From IMG/VR virus record IMGVR_UViG_2695420398_000011: a stretch of 37,975 nt of DNA, one strand, 5' to 3'. A program made the position numbers and the translations under genes. Source of the stretch: a virus. Lineage: Duplodnaviria; Heunggongvirae; Uroviricota; Caudoviricetes. The notes below the pieces were generated by a model. That model was not told where the DNA came from. It saw only the letters and a program-made list of their open reading frames with translations, and made no database searches. This document shows positions 8,888 to 18,425 of the stretch, piece by piece. Numbering within the stretch: the stretch's first letter is position 1; the number at the start of each line of letters is the position of its first letter.

Positions 8888-9199
8888 ATGACGACTCCAA
8901 CCAGACGGATAAGTTTCTATCTGAAGCCCGCCGCCGTCAAGAACGAAGGAGAAGCATGCGCCTGGCTGGACAGCCTTACACCAGAAGCCCGCAAAAGCGG
9001 CCAACGCGTGGCTTTTCTGGCCGGGCTGGCACTTCTGAAAATGAATCCGGCAGAGGCTTACCGACTAGCTGCATGGGCTGATGATGAAGCGTTATCAGTG
9101 ACACAAACCAGGACAGAACGCCCCGCATCACAGCCAGTATCAACCGCACAGATAACCAGTCAGATGGCCGGAAATATCCGGGCGTTATTTCCTGAATAA
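8888..9199 (+). CDS. parR: ParR-like centromere-binding adaptor (StbB family)
   Basis: ATG 8888 just after parM stop; ISFYLKPAAV..CAWLDSLTPEARKSGQRVAFLAGLALL and C-terminal IRALFPE parallel R1 ParR (IAFKLNPDVN..TLDSIP..AALTAGLAL..LRSLFPKE). Confidence 0.8.
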   Translation: MTTPTRRISFYLKPAAVKNEGEACAWLDSLTPEARKSGQRVAFLAGLALLKMNPAEAYRLAAWADDEALSVTQTRTERPASQPVSTAQITSQMAGNIRALFPE

Positions 9200-9262
9200 C
9201 ACAACATCAGGGCGAGTTCGCCCTGCTCTCCACCTCAGAACATAAACAAGGAGAACGACTTA

Positions 9263-9646
9263 ATGAGCGAAATCAACTATCAGGCATTACGTGAACGTTA
9301 TTCACCTGTGCCAGTACCGAAATGCCCTATTTGCGGCGAGGAAATGTCAATTCAGCGAATATCTGGAGCACAGGTTGTTTATGCCTGCTCCGGTTATGGT
9401 GATGATGGAGATTTCAAAATTGGTCGAACTCTTGCCGACGAACATTATGAAAAATCACGCGTAACAGTGTTGGATGTCGGGGATCCTGAAGTATTGGCGC
9501 TACTTGATTGGCTGGAAACCAAAGACAACCGAATCGCTGAACTGGAAAAAATCGCCACTGACTATGCACTTAAATTCCAGAAAGCACAGGACGCATTAAA
9601 GTACGCCGCTTTGCTGCATAGCAGGACAGCGCAGCTACAAGACTAA
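9263..9646 (+). CDS. Hypothetical zinc-ribbon / coiled-coil protein
   Basis: 127-aa ORF; CPICG...YACSGYG cysteine cluster then a helical C-terminus. Confidence 0.5.
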   Translation: MSEINYQALRERYSPVPVPKCPICGEEMSIQRISGAQVVYACSGYGDDGDFKIGRTLADEHYEKSRVTVLDVGDPEVLALLDWLETKDNRIAELEKIATDYALKFQKAQDALKYAALLHSRTAQLQD

Positions 9647-9736
9647 CTTAAAGCGGAAGATTAATACATGGTGAGTCAGGGTAATTTGTTTTTATCCCGA
9701 CAAATAAACAAAAAAGTGGACTATCTCTGTAGTATC

Positions 9737-10267
9737 TTATTCAGCATCGTCTCGTGCAGTCTGTGCATACGTCACAACAACGCCCAATGCATTAGTTTTC
9801 TTTTCAACATAGATAATATTGTCATATTCATAGTTACCATACGGATAGCAAATAAGAATATTTTTATGCAGATCGGGATCATCAACAAACGCTCCGGAAC
9901 AGCTTCTTGAACTACCGGATGTATACTCATACGGTGCAACATATGATGATGTTACTCCTGGTAAAAAATAAGTCACCATCATAAGAGGGATAATCAGGAA
10001 TATCCCTGTAAGAATGCAAGAGCCAGCATAAACCTTCAGGTATTCCGACAGTCCTTTCCAGCCACTTTGCTTCACTACCCCCCTCTTCACCAGAAACAAG
10101 GAGAAGAAAAAGGACATACCCATACTACACAAGATGTAATAATTGGATATACGCGAATTAAGATATGTAATCCTGTAGATATCTGCCCTCCACCAGTAAA
10201 AGAGGAAAATAATCCCTAGCACTGAAACAGTCATGCAAATCAAATAAGGATATGAATCTTTCTTCAT
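9737..10267 (-). CDS. Hypothetical integral membrane protein (AT-rich cargo gene)
   Basis: 176-aa ORF with about three predicted TM helices and a Tyr/Ser-rich C-terminal domain; strongly AT-rich relative to flanking phage genes. Confidence 0.5.
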   Translation of the reverse strand: MKKDSYPYLICMTVSVLGIIFLFYWWRADIYRITYLNSRISNYYILCSMGMSFFFSLFLVKRGVVKQSGWKGLSEYLKVYAGSCILTGIFLIIPLMMVTYFLPGVTSSYVAPYEYTSGSSRSCSGAFVDDPDLHKNILICYPYGNYEYDNIIYVEKKTNALGVVVTYAQTARDDAE

Positions 10268-10745
10268 GTCTTGCGCTCATTAAAATTTCCCTGCTACGAA
10301 CAAATTTACCATCCGTTTTTTGCGCAGAAAACAGCACGATGCACACTGCACGATAGTGCACAAATTTGCACAATTTTTTTGAACGACTTTTTACCCTTCC
10401 GGCCCGCATGGCGGCTGGATCCGTCAAGGATCCGTGCGTGCACAAAAAAACGCGTTTTTTCTGCGCGTAGGTGACGGGGGAACAGCCCGCGTTTCAGGGG
10501 GTAAATAGCATTCCCTGAACGATGTCGCAGAGACACAACAGAATGGCTGTATTTCTCACGCTGAGCGTGAAAAATACGTGAGGGATTCTGATTTGATGGG
10601 GTGAAAGGTAAGGCCGTCAAAATCGCACTGAGGCGGCAAAGAACATGCAGTCAACGCGGTGGGATTGCGTAAGAGTCTGACCGCCGATGATGGCAATAAG
10701 CAGAAAAGCGTCGTGAAATTATCTGATTGATACAGGAGCTGGAGA

Positions 10746-10774
10746 GCCGGGGCATAAATTTTTTATGCCCCGGC
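10746..10774 (-). terminator. Perfect 13-bp-stem hairpin immediately downstream of portal gene Q
   Basis: GCCGGGGCATAAA-ttt-TTTATGCCCCGGC palindrome; candidate terminator of the leftward P-Q operon, though the T-run lies inside the loop rather than 3' of the stem. Confidence 0.35.
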
Positions 10775-10798
10775 GAAGCAGCAGACAAGCGAAGCGCG

Positions 10799-11845
10799 TC
10801 AGGATGTGGGCTGGGTATCTAACAGTGCGTAAGGGTTAAAGCGGATCACCTCTTCGCCAAGCCAGTCATTGATGTGCTTCATGGCCTCCATGACGGGCAT
10901 CAGCTCGTTAATTGCGTAAACCCGCGCGGCCTTCTCCACATCACCAAACGCACTTTTTTCACCCGGCATCGCCCCCATCAGTTGCGGCGGAACGCGGTGC
11001 GCAGCCAGCACATCATCACGGGATGCCGCCTTAACATTCATGAACTCATCCTTTGCGGTGATCTGCTGGAACGGCAAAATTTGCACCCCCTCTTTGCCCC
11101 CGTTGGGCGCATGAATGAGCACGTTTTTAAACGCACCGCCACCACGTGCACCCTGTAGCGTTTCTTTCAGGGAGTCCATGCTTTCGCGGTTTACCTGCGC
11201 TGCACCGATGTAGATGATGCACCCGGCGTGGGATCCGTTGTCGTAATACAGTTTTCTGAACATGTCCGCCGAATGAGACAGGCTGGCCGAGAGTAATGCG
11301 CCGAGATATTCCGGCATGCCGTAGATTTCCTGGTTAATGTCAGGATTCATCAGGTGGCACACTTTGCCAGGGCGAAACTGGAACGCATCCTTGCCATCCT
11401 GCACATACCACCATGATTCAAGATCGCTACCGCGTCGCATGTATTTCGCCAGGGCGTGCCGTAATTTAAGCGGTTCGCCGAGCATATTGCTTCGAAGCTC
11501 AAGGAATGCGTTACCGAACACAAACCAGTCCAGCGCCAGCGCCGAGAAATCCTGCCGGGAAAGCAGCGGGTGCGGGATGTAGCAACCGAGTAATACATTG
11601 CGCTTAAAGTAAAGCGCAGACTGATGCCAGGACGTTTGCCGGGCAGCTCTTGCCAGACCGTACCAGTCCACCGGGGTTTCATACCACCGCCCGTTATCAG
11701 CACAGTACATATTGTCCAGCAGGTCATGCCCGGTCAGGCGATAAGGACCATCAAATGTGAATGCACTGAGCGACGATTCTTTCCTGAGCGCATCAGCGAG
11801 ATCAATGCGTGAACTCATGCGCACTTTTTTATTTTTTCTGCTCAT
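10799..11845 (-). CDS. Q: Portal protein (P2 gpQ-like)
   Basis: 348-aa ORF; size, position and orientation (divergent from capsid operon, next to terminase) match P2 Q. Confidence 0.85.
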   Translation of the reverse strand: MSRKNKKVRMSSRIDLADALRKESSLSAFTFDGPYRLTGHDLLDNMYCADNGRWYETPVDWYGLARAARQTSWHQSALYFKRNVLLGCYIPHPLLSRQDFSALALDWFVFGNAFLELRSNMLGEPLKLRHALAKYMRRGSDLESWWYVQDGKDAFQFRPGKVCHLMNPDINQEIYGMPEYLGALLSASLSHSADMFRKLYYDNGSHAGCIIYIGAAQVNRESMDSLKETLQGARGGGAFKNVLIHAPNGGKEGVQILPFQQITAKDEFMNVKAASRDDVLAAHRVPPQLMGAMPGEKSAFGDVEKAARVYAINELMPVMEAMKHINDWLGEEVIRFNPYALLDTQPTS

Positions 11846-13596
11846 CAGAACTCCATAACCGTGAAACGCTCGTTTTCTCCTTCGCCGCCAATCGGTTCGT
11901 TAATGACAGCAAGCATGGTTGCCCACGCAAGGTCGCCGTGGCTGATCCCCCTCGCGCGGTCCGTTTCGTAAGTGATGAAGCCGCCCGGTGTTTTCACCTT
12001 ACGCACGGCGTTAAAGGCCGCGACCAGCTCGCGTTCGGCGCGATCGTATTCCCACCGCCCGGCACGCATTATTTGCAGCATTTTCAGTACCAGCGACCGT
12101 TTTGATGACAGCGTGAAGGTGTACGGAATAGCAGCAGGGAAAAACCGTTTCACTATCTGATAAACAGCCTCCCCGTTCCCGCCCGTCACATCAATGCCGA
12201 TGTGTTCCACGTTGTAGCGACACGTGAACTCTTCAATGACTCTGGCCTGTTCTTCAAACTCCAGCCCCTGAACGCGTCGCGTCTCCACCGTTCGAAAACG
12301 GCCACCAGGAACAGCCGGAGGAACCACCACGGACACAGCGCCGCTGTCGCCGTTGCCACTGCTGCCGTTTGCGTCATACCCAATCCATACCGGACGATTC
12401 CCCATCGGGCGGGGAGCAAAAGGTTTCCAGTCTTTCCAGTCGTCGTATCCGTCAACGCCACAGCCAATCAGGATATTCAGGTTAAATGCCGATTCCCCTT
12501 CGCGGACAAACTCACACATATAGAGATTGAGGAACTCGTCTTCGGTGTTTTCATCACGAATTTCGTTGATATCGGTGTGTTTCCAGCCGTGATTAACCAC
12601 ATCTTCCAGCGTGACAATTTGCCGCCACGTCCTGTCAGAGCAGATAAGCCCGTTATGCAGCGTTTTCCAGTCCACAGAAAAACGCTGGCGTTTATGCGAG
12701 GCCTTTTTCTCGTTCCAGCGGTCGCCGTTCCAGTAGGCGTATGCCTCGTGCGTTTCGGTGGATGGCGTGGAGAAGTAGGTGCGCCGCAGTCCGCTGAGGG
12801 TTGCCATAGCGCCAGCCACCTTGCGCAGTTCAGCAAAGCGACTGACCCAGAAAAATTCATCAAAATAAAAATTGCCCGTATAGGACTGTGCCGACGCAGC
12901 AGAAGTGCCGAGAAAATGCAGCTCTGCGCCGTTGGAGAGGATGATTTTATCGCCCCCTTTCAGCTCGACATCAACTTCAGCCGCGGCCTTCTGAATAATG
13001 CTTTTAAACTGGAACGCCTGACGACGCGACGCAGACAAAAAAATCTGGTTACGCTGGTAAGGCTGCGCCACATCGTCACGCAGCGCCATCAGCAGTGCTT
13101 CCTGCGCAAAATACCATGTCGCCCCAATCTGTCGGGATTTCAGGATCATCCTGTTACGTATCCCGGCTTCCCTGCAAAGGGTCAGGGAGTCAAACCAGCC
13201 CCGCTGATGCCACTCCAGCCTGCTGATGATTTTTTCCCGCAGTGCGGCAATCTGTTCCGGCGTGAAATGATTCTTGAGCTTTTTCGCCCGGCCTTTCTTT
13301 CCTGTGGCCGTTGCATCCGGCTGGCCATCATGCAGTTTTTTAAGCTGCCGGGTCAGCAGGTCTATTTCCTTGAAGTCACCACCTGTTTTATTCTGTTTTT
13401 CAGTAAGCTGGATGAGGCGCGCATCGATGGACTGCGTGACACGCTGCACGGGTGGCGTTTCATCCCACTGGTCGCGTTTTTTCCACGCATAAATCGTGTT
13501 CGGGTTTATTCCCATCAGACGTGATATTTCTGCGGGCGGATAACCCTGCCAGTAAAGTTGCCGCGCACGCTGGCGCACAAAAGCGTCCTGAATCAT
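11845..13596 (-). CDS. P: Terminase large (ATPase) subunit (P2 gpP-like)
   Basis: 583-aa ORF upstream of Q on the same strand; N-terminal HTH-like region, typical size. Confidence 0.85.
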   Translation of the reverse strand: MIQDAFVRQRARQLYWQGYPPAEISRLMGINPNTIYAWKKRDQWDETPPVQRVTQSIDARLIQLTEKQNKTGGDFKEIDLLTRQLKKLHDGQPDATATGKKGRAKKLKNHFTPEQIAALREKIISRLEWHQRGWFDSLTLCREAGIRNRMILKSRQIGATWYFAQEALLMALRDDVAQPYQRNQIFLSASRRQAFQFKSIIQKAAAEVDVELKGGDKIILSNGAELHFLGTSAASAQSYTGNFYFDEFFWVSRFAELRKVAGAMATLSGLRRTYFSTPSTETHEAYAYWNGDRWNEKKASHKRQRFSVDWKTLHNGLICSDRTWRQIVTLEDVVNHGWKHTDINEIRDENTEDEFLNLYMCEFVREGESAFNLNILIGCGVDGYDDWKDWKPFAPRPMGNRPVWIGYDANGSSGNGDSGAVSVVVPPAVPGGRFRTVETRRVQGLEFEEQARVIEEFTCRYNVEHIGIDVTGGNGEAVYQIVKRFFPAAIPYTFTLSSKRSLVLKMLQIMRAGRWEYDRAERELVAAFNAVRKVKTPGGFITYETDRARGISHGDLAWATMLAVINEPIGGEGENERFTVMEF

Positions 13597-13750
13597 TGCT
13601 CCCCCTGAGTAATTACAGGAAGATTACCCGCGCGCGAAACCGTTCTCCTTAACCCCCTGTTCTGGCCGTTTTCTTACAACAAAAGCCCTTTGTATCAGCC
13701 TGTTACGCTTTGCCATCATGACTGAAGAACCAGTCAGAGGGGCAAAAACT

Positions 13751-14587
13751 ATGGCTAATGAAAAAAAGACATCCCGCAAAAAGTTTCGCGTGGCTGTCTC
13801 CGGATCAACTGTTGATGGCCGTGAAATCAGTCCGGTGCATCTGCGTGAAGCCGCCGAGAACTTCAACCCGGATGTTTACGCTGCCCGCGTGAACGTTGAG
13901 CACTATCTCTCGCCATGCCCGTCAAGCGAATTTTCCGCAATGGGCGATGTCACCGCACTGAGTACGGAAGACATTACGGAAGGTCCGCTGGCCGGACGTA
14001 CTGCGCTGTATGCAGAAATCGAACCGACCGAGCGCATGAAGCAGCTTGTCGCTGACGGCAAAAAAATCTATTCCAGTATCGAACTGCACCCGCAGTTCTC
14101 CGTTAACGGGCGCGCCTATCTGGTCGGGCTGGCGATGACCGACACCCCGGCAAGCCTGGGCACTGAGCGCCTGAAATTCACGGCACAGCAACGTCAGGCA
14201 GTAATGACGTTCAACAGTGTCCAGGGTGAAGCACCGCTTATCTCCGAAGCCATCGAGTCTGAAATCATCGAAATGGCAGAACAACGCCAGGAAGAAGGCA
14301 CCCAGTGGTTTAACCGCGTAATGGGGATTATTGGTCGTGGCCGCAAAGCGGATGACGCCAGTTTCTCCCGTATTCAGGAAGCGCTGGAAGGCGTCGCAAC
14401 GTCACAGGCCGACATTATCGACCGTTTTAATGTGCTGGAAACCCGCCATCAGCAGGACCGCCAGAAAATCACGTCACTGACCACAGAGCTGACAGCACTG
14501 AAGGAAAAACTGCGCACGCAGGACGGCGATCCGCAGAACCGCTTCACCGCAACGGGCGCAGCCTCCGACCAGCTGGCTGACTTCTGA
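13751..14587 (+). CDS. O: Capsid scaffolding protein (P2 gpO-like)
   Basis: ATG 13751 after a purine-rich RBS; FRVAVSGSTVDGREIS...VNVEH...YLVGLAMTDTPASLGTE parallels P2 gpO as recalled. Confidence 0.85.
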   Translation: MANEKKTSRKKFRVAVSGSTVDGREISPVHLREAAENFNPDVYAARVNVEHYLSPCPSSEFSAMGDVTALSTEDITEGPLAGRTALYAEIEPTERMKQLVADGKKIYSSIELHPQFSVNGRAYLVGLAMTDTPASLGTERLKFTAQQRQAVMTFNSVQGEAPLISEAIESEIIEMAEQRQEEGTQWFNRVMGIIGRGRKADDASFSRIQEALEGVATSQADIIDRFNVLETRHQQDRQKITSLTTELTALKEKLRTQDGDPQNRFTATGAASDQLADF

Positions 14588-14610
14588 TAAGACAAAGGAG
14601 CAAATTTTTT

Positions 14611-15663
14611 ATGAATCTGGTGATGTCAGATATTACCCGCAACAAGCTGGGTTGCTATATGGCGCAGCAGGCGTCGCTTAACAATATCCCGATTTCTGCA
14701 CTGGTATCGCGATTTACCGTGGAACCCGCGGTGCAGCAGCGTTTTGAAAACGCCTCAAAGGAAAGTACCGAATTTACGAAAAGAATTAACGTGATCGGCG
14801 TGACCGACCAGAAAGGCGAAAAAATCCTCCTGGATACCACAGGACCGATTGCGCGCACGAATACCAGTTATGACGGAACAAAACGCCGTAACCCGAATAA
14901 CGTGGTTGATCTGAAAAACCGCAAATACCAGTGCGAACAGGTGAACTACGACACGTTTATTTCGTATCCGCAGCTTGATGCCTGGTCGGCACACCCTGAT
15001 TTTCAGTCCCGCATCAGCGCACAGATTGCCCGGCAGGTGGCACTTGACCGCATCATGATCGGTTTCAACGGCACGTCTCACGCGGATGAGTCCAACTTCA
15101 GCACCAACAAGCTGCTTCAGGACGTTAACGTGGGGTGGCTGGAGCACATCAGAACCGACGCCAGCGAGCGCGTTATGAATGACGTGACGTTGACCTCACG
15201 CAACATGGACAACACCGTGGCGCACGCGGGTAAGTATGCGAACGCTGATGCACTGGTACAGGACGCACGCTCATCCCTGCTGGATGAATGGCACAAGGAA
15301 GCTGACGACCTCGTGGTGATTATGGGGCGCAACCTGTTTAACTCGCTGCGTCTGCCCGTGCTGAACAGCATCAGCGGCCAGAATCCCAATGCGGAATTAC
15401 TTGCCGGGCAGCTCATCCTGTCATCGCGCACCATTGGCGGGCTGGGCGTGTTCCTTGCGCCGTTCTTCCCGGATGCAACGATGCTGATCACCTCGTTCAA
15501 CAACCTGTCGATTTACTGGCAGAAAGGTTCAATGCGTCGTCTGATGAAAGACGAACCGGAATACAACCGCATCGCCACCTACCAGTCCATCAATGACGCT
15601 TATGTCGTTGAAGACTATGGCAAGTGCGCGATGGTCACTGGCCTGAAGTTCGCCGACAGCTAA
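14611..15663 (+). CDS. N: Major capsid protein (P2 gpN-like)
   Basis: 350-aa ORF directly after scaffold gene; size and position typical. Confidence 0.85.
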   Translation: MNLVMSDITRNKLGCYMAQQASLNNIPISALVSRFTVEPAVQQRFENASKESTEFTKRINVIGVTDQKGEKILLDTTGPIARTNTSYDGTKRRNPNNVVDLKNRKYQCEQVNYDTFISYPQLDAWSAHPDFQSRISAQIARQVALDRIMIGFNGTSHADESNFSTNKLLQDVNVGWLEHIRTDASERVMNDVTLTSRNMDNTVAHAGKYANADALVQDARSSLLDEWHKEADDLVVIMGRNLFNSLRLPVLNSISGQNPNAELLAGQLILSSRTIGGLGVFLAPFFPDATMLITSFNNLSIYWQKGSMRRLMKDEPEYNRIATYQSINDAYVVEDYGKCAMVTGLKFADS

Positions 15664-15708
15664 TCAACTCACGGCGGGCATCATGCCCGCCTGTAACGGA
15701 GAGAAAAA

Positions 15709-16509
15709 ATGATTACTCCCGCACAGCAACACTGGCAGAACGTGATGGCACAGCGCGCAGGCCGGGCGAATGAAGGCGTGGACCACGCCGCGCGTACCGC
15801 GCATGAAGAGGTGCTGTATCGTCTGCGTCTGGCACAGGCACGGCTTAAGGGCGTACAGGCCAGAAGCGCGAAAGCCGCCATCAAAAAAGAGTTATTGCCG
15901 GACTTTTCCGGCTGGATTGAGGGAACGCTGGAGGCTGACGGCGGGCAGCAGGATGAAGTGATTGCCACGCTGATGGTGTGGGCGATTGACTGCGGCGATC
16001 TTCCGCTGGCGCTGCGTATTGGTGCATATGTGGTCCGTCACAACCTCATCATGCCGGATAACTTTGGACGTACTGCTGCCACGGTACTGACCGAAGAAAT
16101 CTGCAACCCGGTACTGACGCAGGCCGGGACGGATGCCGACGCGGATTTATCCGCCTTTATCGAACCACTGGACACACTTTGGGAAATTGTCGCCAACCAG
16201 GACATGCCGGACGAAGTGCGCGCCAAATTATGCAAGGCGTGTGCCTTTGCCCGTCGTGGCCTGACCGATGCAGACAGCATTGCCTCATCACTGAAGCTGC
16301 TGCGCGAAGCGATGCACCTGAACCCGAACGCAGGTGTGAAACGCGAGATTGCAACCCTTTCCCGCGCCCTGAAAAAAGCCGATTCCGCAGGCACATCAGA
16401 AGACGCCAGCGCACAGCAGGCGCAGGACGAAAGCAGCAAAAGTAAAAAGACAACGCGGAAGCCTGCAACACGAAAAACCACCGCGACGCAGAAGGCGAAG
16501 CGCGGTTAA
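15709..16509 (+). CDS. M: Terminase small subunit (P2 gpM-like)
   Basis: 266-aa ORF with basic C-terminal tail; conserved position after N. Confidence 0.8.
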   Translation: MITPAQQHWQNVMAQRAGRANEGVDHAARTAHEEVLYRLRLAQARLKGVQARSAKAAIKKELLPDFSGWIEGTLEADGGQQDEVIATLMVWAIDCGDLPLALRIGAYVVRHNLIMPDNFGRTAATVLTEEICNPVLTQAGTDADADLSAFIEPLDTLWEIVANQDMPDEVRAKLCKACAFARRGLTDADSIASSLKLLREAMHLNPNAGVKREIATLSRALKKADSAGTSEDASAQQAQDESSKSKKTTRKPATRKTTATQKAKRG

Positions 16510-16602
16510 CGACTGACCCCGTCAGCGGGCGGCGTGCGCGGTGTTCCGGTTTGACTCCGTGACCGTTTACACCGCGCACCCACCGCCCGATTTTTTTCAG
16601 GA

Positions 16603-17106
16603 GTGAACCCCATGAGTATGGTTGCCAGAACTGAACCAGGACCTGCAGAGGACGACATCACCGATACCGATGATGGCGACACTCGCATTTCAGCAGGTGC
16701 ATTCTGGCCGGATATTGTGCTGCGCGAGCTGCGTCTGGCGGTACGACTGCCGGGCCGCGTGACCACCTCCCGCCTGCTGCATACTGCCACCGGGGCTGTG
16801 GCACACGTTACCCGCGAGTTGGAAGCATGGCAGCAGGAACAGCAGGCGGCTGGCCATCAGACGCTGGCCGATGTTCCGGCACCCGTAATTAACGGAGAAA
16901 GCGTCAATCTCTGGCACTGGCGCAATGCGGTTTACACCGCCACACGCGCCCTGATTCTGGAGCGTTACCGCGATGCGGACACAACGGACAAGGGCGACCG
17001 CCGGGCGGACGCACTGGATATACAGACATCGGATTTGTGGCGCGATGTGAGCTGGGCCATCTCTGACATTCTGTGCCGCCCGCGAATCTTTGCGGAGTTG
17101 TGCTGA
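16603..17106 (+). CDS. L: Head completion/stabilisation protein (P2 gpL-like)
   Basis: 167-aa ORF, conserved position. Confidence 0.8.
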   Translation: MNPMSMVARTEPGPAEDDITDTDDGDTRISAGAFWPDIVLRELRLAVRLPGRVTTSRLLHTATGAVAHVTRELEAWQQEQQAAGHQTLADVPAPVINGESVNLWHWRNAVYTATRALILERYRDADTTDKGDRRADALDIQTSDLWRDVSWAISDILCRPRIFAELC

Positions 17107-17306
17107 TGAAAGTGAAGGCACAGGAAGGCGACACCGTGGATTCGCTCTGTTTCCGGTTCTACGGCACGACGCAGGGCGTCACCGAAAAGGTGCTGGATGC
17201 CAACCCCGGACTCTGTCAGCAGGTATTTCTGGACGCCGGGCAGGAAGTGGAGATGCCGGAGCCGGAGAAGAAGAAACGAGAAATGATTCAGTTGTGGGGG
17301 GAGTAG
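17106..17306 (+). CDS. X: Tail protein X (P2 gpX-like)
   Basis: ATG 17106 overlapping L stop; 66 aa; GDTVDSLCFRFYG..ANPGL matches gpX as recalled. Confidence 0.75.
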   Translation: MKVKAQEGDTVDSLCFRFYGTTQGVTEKVLDANPGLCQQVFLDAGQEVEMPEPEKKKREMIQLWGE

Positions 17307-17308
17307 CA

Positions 17309-17632
17309 GTGAGCACCATTCAAACAGGGATCACAGAGCAGGTTATTGCATGGCTCTTTGACCACCTGCCAACGGTGTATGCAGTAGGCGCGGCAGTCAG
17401 CATTTCCGCGCTGATGAGTCTTTATGACGGACGAACACTGGTTCAGACCGTAACGGGATCGCTGGCGTGCGGCGTTCTTGCCATGGCCGTGGCCGGGTCG
17501 TTGCGCTTCTTCGGGTTTCCTGAAGATGCCGTGACGTTTATCGGCGCATCAATCGGTTTTATGGGTGCAGAGAAAGCACGCGACAAGGTTATTGCGGCCT
17601 TTAATCGCAGGGTGAAGGAGAAGGACGAATGA
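17309..17632 (+). CDS. Putative holin (three predicted TM segments)
   Basis: GTG 17309 in frame with listed ORF 17090..17632; three hydrophobic segments; precedes endolysin. Confidence 0.55.
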   Translation: MSTIQTGITEQVIAWLFDHLPTVYAVGAAVSISALMSLYDGRTLVQTVTGSLACGVLAMAVAGSLRFFGFPEDAVTFIGASIGFMGAEKARDKVIAAFNRRVKEKDE

Positions 17633-18021
17633 GCAACACATTTAAATTCAGCAGCCGGAGCGAAAAGAATTTGCAGGGCGTAAATCCTGATCTGGTGAAA
17701 GTGACCCGACGGGCACTGGAAATTTCGGAAGTGGATTTTGGTATCACCGAAGGGTTGCGCAGCCGTTACCGCCAGAAGCAACTTGTGGCCACAGGTAAGA
17801 GCCAGACCATGAACAGCCGCCACCTTACGGGACATGCCGTGGATGTTGTGGCTTATATCGGCAGCCAGGTGTCATGGGAATGGCCGCTGTACGAAAAAAT
17901 CGCAGCAGCATTCAGACAGGCCAGCCGGGAACTGAATATTCCGGTGGAATGGGGCGGCGACTGGAAGACCCTGAAAGACGGACCGCATTTTCAGTTACCA
18001 CACGGAGCCTATCCGGCATGA
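17629..18021 (+). CDS. Endolysin, peptidase M15-type (L-alanyl-D-glutamate peptidase-like)
   Basis: 130-aa ORF with SRHLTGHAVDV and GGDW motifs typical of M15 zinc peptidase endolysins; occupies the position of P2 K. Confidence 0.7.
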   Translation: MSNTFKFSSRSEKNLQGVNPDLVKVTRRALEISEVDFGITEGLRSRYRQKQLVATGKSQTMNSRHLTGHAVDVVAYIGSQVSWEWPLYEKIAAAFRQASRELNIPVEWGGDWKTLKDGPHFQLPHGAYPA

Positions 18022-18425
18022 AGCTCTGGCCCACGCTGGGTGTCGCTTTCCTTCTGATTGCCGCATGGGGAACATCCATGCGTCTGTCATGGTCGCTTGG
18101 CCAGGAGAACGCCAGAAACGAAGCACAGGCCAGCACCCTGAAAAGTACCGTCGACACCCTGAATATCATCAGCGCCGGGGTACAGGATATGCAGCAGGTG
18201 CTGGCGCAACTTCGCGTGGAAAATCAACAGCGAAATCAGGACGGAGAGGCCAGACGTGAACAGCTACGCAACGATATTGCAAAAGATGAATGCGCCCACG
18301 CTTTGCCTGACGCTCGTTTTACTGACAGGTTGCGCAGGCACGCAGAACGCGCCACGGCCAGCGCCGTCAGTCCGGCTTATACCGCAGACGCTGACCATGC
18401 CGGTAATGCCTCCCCCCTTCCCTGA
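18018..18425 (+). CDS. lysB: Inner-membrane spanin (LysB/Rz-like)
   Basis: ATG 18018 overlapping endolysin stop; N-terminal TM helix then coiled-coil-like periplasmic region. Confidence 0.65.
   Translation: MKLWPTLGVAFLLIAAWGTSMRLSWSLGQENARNEAQASTLKSTVDTLNIISAGVQDMQQVLAQLRVENQQRNQDGEARREQLRNDIAKDECAHALPDARFTDRLRRHAERATASAVSPAYTADADHAGNASPLP

Noticed and set aside
10306-10620. Minus-strand ORFs of 95-104 aa in the region between the membrane-protein gene and Q.
   Set aside because: No ribosome-binding context, and they fall in a repeat- and palindrome-rich region better explained as a cos/regulatory region.
12202-13524. 440-aa plus-strand ORF antisense to the terminase large subunit gene.
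   Set aside because: It lies entirely within the well-supported terminase gene; low-complexity composition; no start context.
13597-13750. Possible Ogr-binding late-promoter dyad in the divergent P/O intergenic region (TACAA-N-TTGTA around 13670-13695).
   Set aside because: The half-site order and spacing do not convincingly match the TGT-N12-ACA late-promoter consensus as I recall it; left as unannotated.
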